Below, piece by piece: positions 30,423 to 37,886 of a DNA stretch of 64,000 nucleotides. The stretch spans positions 7,137 to 71,136 of the forward strand of contig JBAZHC010000014.1 of the NCBI GenBank assembly GCA_041652575.1, read 5' to 3'. The translations under genes and the position numbers were made by a program. Position 1 is the first letter of the stretch, and the number at the start of each line of letters is the position of its first letter. Below the pieces are notes generated by a model. That model was not told the origin of the DNA. It saw only the letters and a list, made by a program, of their open reading frames with translations, and searched no databases. Source of the stretch: Phycisphaerae bacterium. Its GTDB lineage: Bacteria > Planctomycetota > Phycisphaerae > Sedimentisphaerales > UBA12454.

Positions 30423-30545
30423 TCAGGGCGCAGCACCTATGATAATGGCGATAATAATAGCGATGCGGAAGATTGGGCTGTTTGACCCATTCGGCAAGCT
30501 CAGGGCAAGAAAGCTATAAACAGATTGTTTTGAAACATTAGTCAT
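30423..30545 (-). CDS. Candidate 40-aa small hydrophobic-tail peptide
   Basis: Below the ORF-track cutoff. ATG 30545 is preceded by AAGGA (8-nt spacing). Translation is MTNVSKQSVYSFLALSLPNGSNSPIFRIAIIIAIIIGAAP. The stop is followed by the 30366-30400 hairpin. Confidence 0.25.
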   Translation of the reverse strand: MTNVSKQSVYSFLALSLPNGSNSPIFRIAIIIAIIIGAAP

Positions 30546-30597
30546 TTGAAAATCCTTATACCAGTTATTTCGGCAAAAGTCAAGGGATGCTTAATTA

Positions 30598-30715
30598 GCC
30601 ACTAATACACAAAGGCACAAATAAATTTAGACGCTGATTACACTGTTTTTCACCACGAAGAACGGAAGGGACACGAAGGAACGTAACCACGGATTGCACG
30701 GATGACACGGATTCC
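30598..30715. repeat. CAC-core short-period arrays (module 2)
   Basis: gccactaatacacaaaggcacaaat, linker attacactgtttttcaccac, CACGAAG-type array (30651-30683), then CACGGAT x3 at 9-nt period (30688-30712). Confidence 0.8.
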
Positions 30716-30750
30716 GCAGCGGCGGAACGCGGGATTTACGCTGTCAGATA

Positions 30751-30875
30751 TTGCTTTAAGGCGTCCCGATGTGTCGGGACTGTAAATTCAAAGCTTATGC
30801 CTTACTTACAAGCAAGCTTGACGTCGGCATATCGCTTTGAATTTTTGCCACTGTGCGGCTTTCGCCTTAAAGCAA
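30751..30875. repeat. Structured ~125-nt element B (homolog of element A)
   Basis: 12-bp closing helix TTGCTTTAAGGC/GCCTTAAAGCAA. Hairpin GTCCCGA-tgtg-TCGGGAC. Long hairpin AAATTCAAAGC/GCTTTGAATTT with inner TATGCC/GGCATA and an AAGCAAGCTT apex. Confidence 0.6.
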
Positions 30876-30946
30876 CAATATCAACTGCTTTGAAGTTCTT
30901 ATTTTTCTCACTATGCTCGTATGCAGTATACTGCATACGAGCATAG
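30866..30946. repeat. Palindrome-plus-flank element, copy 2 (inverted relative to copy 1)
   Basis: CTATGCTCGTATGCAGTA|TACTGCATACGAGCATAG at 30911-30946. It differs from copy 1 by a paired A>G/T>C change that keeps the palindrome perfect. Confidence 0.9.
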
Positions 30947-31123
30947 ATGCATGGAGTTTTTTTATGGGGGAATTATAGATTGCAGATTTAGAAAGCGGGG
31001 GTATAATTTGGGGAAGAATACAGAAATCAGAACACAGGAGACAGAATACGGGAAAAACAGAAAGCAGAGGAAAATTAAAAAACAAAAAGTGCGTCATTTT
31101 TATTATCTAAAGGAATATGTTAA

Positions 31124-32242
31124 ATGAATGGTCAATGGATAGGGAAGCATGGAGGCACTAATAGTGGCTCAATAATTGTAAATTGTGATGACAGAGGAGA
31201 TTATTATGAAGGGGTCGCATATATAGGTGATTCTATATATAGCTTGCCCAGCCTTGCTGCTGTTTTTAAAACTAATAATCGAGATAATGATTTTAAGTTT
31301 CGAACGCAAGTTATTATGCCGATTAATAGATTAACAGGGGGGGTAGATAGTTGGGAAAATTGTAAGAAATTATATGCAGATGATACAATTCTTCCAAAAT
31401 ATGCTGATGTCAAAGGATGTTGGGATAGTGAAAGTTTAACCTTAGAGTGGACAACAGATATAGGAACAGGCGGTTTTAGCAAATTGCCTAAAACTAATGC
31501 AGATAAACCATCAGAATACAACCCAATCAATACAGATTGGATTGGCTTTAAAGAATTCGTTTCAACATTAGAGGGAAGGAGATTGTTATTCAGAGGTCAG
31601 AATAAACCGTGGAGGTTGCGAACAGCGTTTCATAGGACAGAGAGGGCAAATTTAGCTAGATTTGTAACAGAGGATATTTCAGCGTTATACAAAAATCTAA
31701 GCGCGAGGACAAAACATCTATTCAATTTGTCTGTGCCAGATGAAAATGGAGCTTTTTACAATTTGTTACAACATCATGGATATCCTACACCTTTGTTGGA
31801 TTGGACGTGCTCACCTTACGTTGCAGCTTTTTTTGCCTATCGAAGCATTGATAAGAACAAAGCAAGCTTGGCTAGGGATGATGAAAAAGTAAGAATATTA
31901 GTTTTTGATTATAAGCAATGGGCCGCAGATTTAAACCAAATTCTTAGTCTGAATACAGCGGCTCTACACTTGTCTACATGTGAGTTTATTGCGATTGAGA
32001 ATGAAAGAATGATACCTCAGCAATCAGTGTCCACGATTACCAATATAGATGACATAGAATCGTATATTCAATTAATAGAGAAAGAAAAAGGGAAAAGTTA
32101 TTTAAAAGTTATTGATTTGCCTGTCACAGAGAGAACAAAGGTGATGCGAGAACTTAGTTTTATGGGCATTACGGCAGGATCTCTATTTCCTGGGTTGGAT
32201 GGTGCTTGTGAGGAACTTAAGGAACGCTTTTTTAACTTATAA
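31124..32242 (+). CDS. FRG-domain protein with an unrecognised ~140-aa N-terminal domain
   Basis: 372 aa. LLFRGQNKPWRLRTAFHR and LLQHHGYPTPLLDWTCSPYVAAFFA are the FRG-domain signature motifs. The gene is AT-rich relative to its neighbours. AAGGA RBS. Confidence 0.8.
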   Translation: MNGQWIGKHGGTNSGSIIVNCDDRGDYYEGVAYIGDSIYSLPSLAAVFKTNNRDNDFKFRTQVIMPINRLTGGVDSWENCKKLYADDTILPKYADVKGCWDSESLTLEWTTDIGTGGFSKLPKTNADKPSEYNPINTDWIGFKEFVSTLEGRRLLFRGQNKPWRLRTAFHRTERANLARFVTEDISALYKNLSARTKHLFNLSVPDENGAFYNLLQHHGYPTPLLDWTCSPYVAAFFAYRSIDKNKASLARDDEKVRILVFDYKQWAADLNQILSLNTAALHLSTCEFIAIENERMIPQQSVSTITNIDDIESYIQLIEKEKGKSYLKVIDLPVTERTKVMRELSFMGITAGSLFPGLDGACEELKERFFNL

Positions 32243-32382
32243 TACCTCATAAAAATAGGTGGCTGTTCCTAATTATTACGGAAATTCCGGATTGTTTTTC
32301 ATTGTTTAGCCCTCTCACTTTTAGTGGGGGTTCGTTTTATTTCATTTTACATTTGTTGCGCGGTTTTTTAATAATAGAACAA

Positions 32383-32832
32383 ATGATAGGATATATGCTT
32401 ACATGGACGACTTATGGCACCTGGCTGCAGGGAGACGAAAGAGGATATGCTAAAGATGGCCAGATTTTGGACAAAAACGAAACGCTTGAAGAAATAAATA
32501 AATCAAATCTTAAAAAACAACCTGTCAAGTTTAATGCCAAACAGAAAGAAATCGTTAAAGAAGCAATCATTCAGGAAGCGAAAAGAATCAATCAAAAAAT
32601 ATTCGCATTAATCGTATATTCAAACCATATACACCTGCTTGTCGAGAAAAATCAAAAATCAATAGAAGCAACAGTGGCGATATACAAAACGGCAGCAAGA
32701 AAGGCCCTGTATCAGACAGGCCTTGAAGGGAAAATATGGTCAAAAGGATTTGACAAAAGATTCTGTTTCAATGAACAGGAATTAAAAAACAGAATTACAT
32801 ATATTCTTCGGCATAATGAAACAATGAAATAA
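32383..32832 (+). mobile_element. HUH/Y1 transposase-like protein (IS200/IS605 TnpA or REP-associated RAYT-like)
   Basis: I prefer ATG 32383. YMLTWTTYGTWLQGDERGY N-terminus, HUH motif (SNHIHLLV), C-terminal catalytic-Tyr motif (ITYILRHN). No tnpB and no obvious IS ends. Confidence 0.7.
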
Positions 32833-32840
32833 ATTACTTA

Positions 32841-32857
32841 TTCCGCCTATGGCGGAA
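32841..32857. repeat. REP-like hairpin TTCCGCC-tat-GGCGGAA 9 nt after the transposase-like gene stop
   Basis: 7-bp stem. A related ATTCCGC-agcg-GCGGAACG lies at 30711-30729. Confidence 0.6.
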
Positions 32858-32877
32858 CGACGGCCCCCCAGCCCCTT

Positions 32878-32906
32878 CCAAAGTTTTTTCGAGGAAAAAA
32901 CTTTGG
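32878..32906. terminator. 13-bp perfect hairpin between convergent genes (bidirectional terminator-like)
   Basis: CCAAAGTTTTTTC-gag-GAAAAAACTTTGG. Confidence 0.45.
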
Positions 32907-32956
32907 AAATAACTCGGGGGTCTACACTTCGTTCCGACGCTTCGCTCCGATGGGGG

Positions 32957-33565
32957 CTAAACAATTTTGAATTTGTTTAAATCTGTTTCTAATAGAAACG
33001 TGCGAAAGGGTTCGTATTTAAAACTATCAAAATTCAGCGGCGCGTATTCCTCGTCGCCGGACTGCAAAACAAATTTGTCGTGGGCGTAAGCGGTCAAAAT
33101 CCAATGCTCGGGACAATCAGCAGCCTCGAAATTAAATGAAACTCCATCGCCAAGTTTAAATTCCGCTCTGCAGAAGCTTCTGCCATTCTTAACGCGAACA
33201 TTTACGCCAAAAAAACCTGTATTGCCGACAATTTTCTTATTTAGTGCGTTTTGCCTGTAAGTGGCAATTCGCAGGTTCTCTCTTCGATTGTCGTACCTGT
33301 CGTTATTAATGTGGTCAACGACCATTCCGGCCGGCGGATTCATAATAAAACGTGAAACCGGGACGAGTCTTGTCGGATTTTTTCCGATGCGAAGAAGGGG
33401 GTAGTTTTCACCTGAGATACGCAAACCAATGATATCGCCAACGTATTTTTTGCGACCGCGGGCAGGGCTGACATTGAATATCTGATAATAAATATCAGGG
33501 TCAACTTTCACAGTTTGGCCTGCGATAGTAAAAGTCAAAAAATCAATTGCGCTTTGCGATGACAT
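32957..33565 (-). CDS. HNH endonuclease with AP2-like DNA-binding region (homing-endonuclease-like)
   Basis: VDHINNDRYDNRRENLRIATYRQN is the HNH_3-type motif. It is followed by GFFGVNVRVKNGRSFCRAEF, which is AP2-like. Confidence 0.75.
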   Translation of the reverse strand: MSSQSAIDFLTFTIAGQTVKVDPDIYYQIFNVSPARGRKKYVGDIIGLRISGENYPLLRIGKNPTRLVPVSRFIMNPPAGMVVDHINNDRYDNRRENLRIATYRQNALNKKIVGNTGFFGVNVRVKNGRSFCRAEFKLGDGVSFNFEAADCPEHWILTAYAHDKFVLQSGDEEYAPLNFDSFKYEPFRTFLLETDLNKFKIV

Positions 33566-33893
33566 AAATATAATGGGGAAAAATTGTGGGGTTAAAAAGA
33601 TTTAATTGTTCGTTTTTTACGGTCTGCGGTGAGCATCGGCCGTAAGACATTTAATTTTAATGTTTTAAGTAAAAAGCCTTCTCTTTGTTGTTTGCTTATC
33701 AAACAATATGGGTATTTTACCATATTTTTAATGAAAATCAAGCAAAAAATTGGCCCCGCACCAATTAATTTTATCGCAGCAATGCAGGAACCTTGCCGCA
33801 ACGTGCTTCGGGATTAACAAAAAGCCTTGCGATTTTTAATAGTTGTTAAAAAAGAGAATTTGCCGGACAATAGTATTTTTAAGGAGAAAAATT

Positions 33894-34088
33894 ATGAAAC
33901 CATCGGTGAATGTCGTATCGATATTTTTGTTAGTTGTTTCTATCGCGCATTTGATAAGGCTGGTTCTGCAATGGAAGGTAACAGTCAGCAGTTACGATGT
34001 TCCGTTGTGGATGAGCGCTGCGGCGTGTATTGCCACGGCGGTACTGGCGTTTTGGCTGAGGCGGGAAAATAAGCCGGCGAAGTCGTAG
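33894..34088 (+). CDS. Small two-TM membrane protein (hypothetical)
   Basis: ATG 33894 lies 8 nt after AAGGAGA. The 64-aa product has two hydrophobic helices. Confidence 0.4.
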   Translation: MKPSVNVVSIFLLVVSIAHLIRLVLQWKVTVSSYDVPLWMSAAACIATAVLAFWLRRENKPAKS

Positions 34089-34193
34089 AGGCATTTGGGC
34101 TTTGATTTTCGGCGCCGGCAGTGTTAAACTGTTTTTCTGATAAAACTATCGGCAGGGCGATATTCGATAAGATAAAGGTGCTTCGTAAAACAG

Positions 34194-35882
34194 ATGGATA
34201 AAACCGCAAACAAATATCAAATTCATTTGATTTATATATTACTGGCGGTGATAACTTTTGCCGCCTTCGAGCCGATACTTCATAACGGGTTCGTAAGTTT
34301 CGACGACGACGTATATATTTATGAGAATAGTCATATAACTTCCGGCCTGACGATGGAAAATATCGTCTGGGCATTTCAGAATATTCATGCCAATAATTAT
34401 CATCCCGTAACGTCGCTATCTCATATGCTGGATTGCGAGCTTTACGGGACGAATCCGGCAGGTCATCATTTTACCAATCTGCTGTTTCACATAGCCAATA
34501 CGCTGCTGCTGTTTTATGTTTTGAGCCAGATGACAAAAAGGGTATGGGCGAGTGCGTTTGTCGCGGCTTTGTTTGCGCTGCATCCGCTTCATGTCGAGTC
34601 TGTGGCGTGGGCATCGGAGCGTAAAGATGTGCTGAGCACTTTTTTCTGGCTACTTACGATGTGGGCGTATGTACGTTATTGCCGCGCTGCAAACCTAACC
34701 CCCGGCACAGGTCCGGGGGCTAACCGTTATTATTTATTAACGATTGTATTTTTTATTTTTGGTCTGATGTCCAAGCCGATGCTTGTAACACTTCCGTTTG
34801 TATTGTTATTGCTGGATTATTGGCCGCTGGAACGGTTTGGGAAAGTGCGGACAGGCAAATTGATTTTAGAGAAGATTCCATTTTTTATTCTTTCTGCGGT
34901 ATTGAGTATTGTTACGCTCGACGTTCAGTCGAAAATGGGAATAGTAAAATCGGTTTCGAATTATCCACTGGAATGGCGGATTGAAAATGCTCTTGTATCG
35001 TATGTCATGTATATCTGGAAAATGATTTGGCCGGTCAACCTTGCGGTATTCTATCCGCATCCGAAGGGCAATATTCCTTTGTGGCAGATTACAGGGGCGA
35101 TATTCGTTCTGGTGATTATAACATTGGCTGCTTTGTGGAAATTGCGTAAGCGGCCTTATATTGCGATGGGGTGGCTGTGGTTTTTGGGCACTCTTGTGCC
35201 TGTTATCGGGATATTTCAGGTTGGAATGCAGAGCCGTGCCGACAGATATACATATATTCCTTATATCGGGCTTTTTATTATAATCGCATGGGGCGTTGGC
35301 GATATTTTCGCGAGATTGCGATACCGAAAAATGATTCTGTTAGTTTCAGCAGGTATTCTGCTTTCGGCTCTTTGCGTTAAGACTTATATTCAAAATATAT
35401 ACTGGCATGATAATGTGACGTTATATACACACGCCATAAAAGCGGTCGAGAATAACTGGTGGGCGCATCATTTTCTGGGTAAGGCTCTTGCCAGGCAGAA
35501 GGAATTCGAAGAGGCTATCGTACAGTTCAAGGAGACTCTTCGTATCGACCCGGAAAACGCTACGGTATATCACGGTTTGGCCAAAACATATCTTGATAAA
35601 GGCGATGTAAACGAAGCTGTGAAATTATATCGGCGATTGCTTCCTCCTTTGCCTGATGATTTGAACGAACCGAGAGGCGTCGATACTTCGCGGAACGATT
35701 ATCCGATACTTAGAGATTTATATGTGAGCGCGAATATAAATTTTGCACACGCATTAGTTCGGCAGGGCAATCTCGCCGAGGCTGCCAGGCATTTTAAGGA
35801 AGCACTGCGTCTTGCGCCTGACGCTGTGACGGCGCGAAAAGGACTGGAAGATATAGAAAAACAGACTGCCGGCCATAGATAA
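34194..35882 (+). CDS. GT-C-fold glycosyltransferase with C-terminal TPRs (TMTC/PMT_2-like protein O-mannosyltransferase-like)
   Basis: The polytopic N-terminus has FALHPLHVESVAWASERKDVLS (DUF1736-like motif). TPR repeats at the C-terminus. Confidence 0.8.
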   Translation: MDKTANKYQIHLIYILLAVITFAAFEPILHNGFVSFDDDVYIYENSHITSGLTMENIVWAFQNIHANNYHPVTSLSHMLDCELYGTNPAGHHFTNLLFHIANTLLLFYVLSQMTKRVWASAFVAALFALHPLHVESVAWASERKDVLSTFFWLLTMWAYVRYCRAANLTPGTGPGANRYYLLTIVFFIFGLMSKPMLVTLPFVLLLLDYWPLERFGKVRTGKLILEKIPFFILSAVLSIVTLDVQSKMGIVKSVSNYPLEWRIENALVSYVMYIWKMIWPVNLAVFYPHPKGNIPLWQITGAIFVLVIITLAALWKLRKRPYIAMGWLWFLGTLVPVIGIFQVGMQSRADRYTYIPYIGLFIIIAWGVGDIFARLRYRKMILLVSAGILLSALCVKTYIQNIYWHDNVTLYTHAIKAVENNWWAHHFLGKALARQKEFEEAIVQFKETLRIDPENATVYHGLAKTYLDKGDVNEAVKLYRRLLPPLPDDLNEPRGVDTSRNDYPILRDLYVSANINFAHALVRQGNLAEAARHFKEALRLAPDAVTARKGLEDIEKQTAGHR

Positions 35883-35886
35883 AGCA

Positions 35887-37875
35887 ATGGATAAAACATC
35901 GAGCAAATATTGGTTTGTCTGCATCTGCCTGGCAATGACATTGGTCACGCTGGCGGTTTATTGGCAGATGTGCCAATACGATTTTGTCAACTTTGACGAT
36001 TATAAATACGTAGGAGAAAATCCCCATGTCCGGTACGGATTTACGCGGGAAGGTATTAAATGGGCGTTTACGAACTTTGGATACGCAGGCAACTGGCACC
36101 CGCTGACGTGGCTTAGTCATATACTTGACTGCCAGCTTTACGGAGTTGACCCCGGCCGGCAGCATTTGACTAATTTATTCCTGCATATTGCAAATACCCT
36201 TTTGTTATTTGCTGTTTTCAGTGCAATGACCGGCACGCTTTGGCAGAGCGCCTTCGTCGCGGCACTGTTCGTATTGCATCCGATGCACGTTGAATCTGTG
36301 GCGTGGATATCGGAACGCAAGGATCTTCTCAGTACCTTGTTTTGGCTGCTGACAATGTGGGCGTATGTTAGATATTGCCACTGCGTTGCCATACCGGCAA
36401 CGGCTAAACAAACCCCCACCACAGGTGTGGGGGCTAAACATTATTATTTATTAACGATTGTATTTTTTATTTTTGGGCTGCTGTCCAAACCGATGCTTGT
36501 TACTTTGCCGTTCGTTTTGCTGCTGCTTGATTACTGGCCTTTGGAGCGTTTCGGGAAACGGTCAGTCTATAACCTGATTTTGGAAAAAATACCGTTGTTT
36601 GTATTGTCGGCGGTATCGAGTGTTATTACTGTCTTTGTTCAAAAAATAATTACAGTTGACCGGCTGCCTTTTAATCTTCGCATCGCCAATGCCTTTATTT
36701 CCTATGTCAGGTACATTGGGAAAATGATTTGGCCCTGCGGACTGACATTTTTTTATCCATATCCCGGCCTGAAGATATCTTTTTTTTATGTCGCAACATC
36801 GGCTGTTCTCCTGCTGGCCGTAACAGTTCTTATAATCAGATTCGCCGGAAAACATCGTTATATAGTTACAGGCTGGTTATGGTATCTTGGAACGCTTTTT
36901 CCTGTTATCGGGCTGGTACAGGTCGGCGGCCAGGCGATGGCGGACCGCTACAGCTATATTCCTCTGACAGGTTTATTTATTATTATCGCATTCGGTCTGC
37001 CTGAATTGCTGGGGAAATTGCCGCATCGAAAAATTGTACTTTGGATTTCATCACTAATAATTTTATCCGTATTGGCCGTGTGCGCGTATTTTCAGCAGCA
37101 ATACTGGAAAAATACCGCAGTACTTTGTCAGCATGCAATAAAAGTAACCAAAAATAATTATTTGGCGCATTCCTGCATGGCCGAATACTTTCTCAATCAG
37201 AAGATGTTCGATGACGCCATCATGGAAAGTCGGAAATCTCTTGAGATAAAGCCGGAAGGGCCGGAGGCTCTTAATGTTATTGGAGTTATACTCAGTCAGC
37301 AGGGCAAATCAGAAGAGGCCATCGAATATTTTGCCAAGGCTCTCCAGATAAAACCTGATTTTGCCGCTACCCACGACAATATGGGTCATGCTCTGCTCCT
37401 GCAGGGAAACCTGGACGAGGCTGCGGTACATTTTGCCGAGTCGCTGCGGCTTGACCCTGATGCCGCATTGCCGCACTATCATCTCGGGCAGGTTTTGTCC
37501 CAAAGAGGTAAAATCACTGATGCTGTCATACACTTCGAAAAGGCGATTCGGCTTAAACCTTACTGGTTCGAACCGATGAATGATTTGGCATGGATTCTGT
37601 CTGTCAATAAAGACGCTGCGATTCGTAATCCTGTCAGGGCGGTCGGGCTTGCGCGGCGAGCCTGCGAACTTACTAATTACGAAAATCCCGGCATATTGGA
37701 TACTCTGGCGGCCGCTTATGCCTCTGCAGGCAACTTTAGTATGGCCATAGAAACTTCTATGAATGCTCTGAAGCTATGTAAATCGCCTCGGCAGGACATA
37801 TTTAAAAAGGAAATTGAAAGCCGGCTGGTTTTATATAGAGCAGGCGAGTCTTTTATCGAAACAAACGCTGAATAA
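35887..37875 (+). CDS. GT-C-fold glycosyltransferase with C-terminal TPRs, tandem paralog
   Basis: FVLHPMHVESVAWISERKDLLS, with an N-terminal half colinear to the upstream gene. Longer TPR region. Confidence 0.8.
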   Translation: MDKTSSKYWFVCICLAMTLVTLAVYWQMCQYDFVNFDDYKYVGENPHVRYGFTREGIKWAFTNFGYAGNWHPLTWLSHILDCQLYGVDPGRQHLTNLFLHIANTLLLFAVFSAMTGTLWQSAFVAALFVLHPMHVESVAWISERKDLLSTLFWLLTMWAYVRYCHCVAIPATAKQTPTTGVGAKHYYLLTIVFFIFGLLSKPMLVTLPFVLLLLDYWPLERFGKRSVYNLILEKIPLFVLSAVSSVITVFVQKIITVDRLPFNLRIANAFISYVRYIGKMIWPCGLTFFYPYPGLKISFFYVATSAVLLLAVTVLIIRFAGKHRYIVTGWLWYLGTLFPVIGLVQVGGQAMADRYSYIPLTGLFIIIAFGLPELLGKLPHRKIVLWISSLIILSVLAVCAYFQQQYWKNTAVLCQHAIKVTKNNYLAHSCMAEYFLNQKMFDDAIMESRKSLEIKPEGPEALNVIGVILSQQGKSEEAIEYFAKALQIKPDFAATHDNMGHALLLQGNLDEAAVHFAESLRLDPDAALPHYHLGQVLSQRGKITDAVIHFEKAIRLKPYWFEPMNDLAWILSVNKDAAIRNPVRAVGLARRACELTNYENPGILDTLAAAYASAGNFSMAIETSMNALKLCKSPRQDIFKKEIESRLVLYRAGESFIETNAE

Positions 37876-37886
37876 AGAGGTTAACA

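Noticed and set aside
30033-31123. Possible CRISPR array in the 1.1-kb repeat-rich spacer upstream of ileS.
   Set aside because: The repeats are heterogeneous (arrays, hairpins, structured elements). They are not a single 25-40-nt direct repeat at regular spacing with unique spacers, and no cas genes are nearby.
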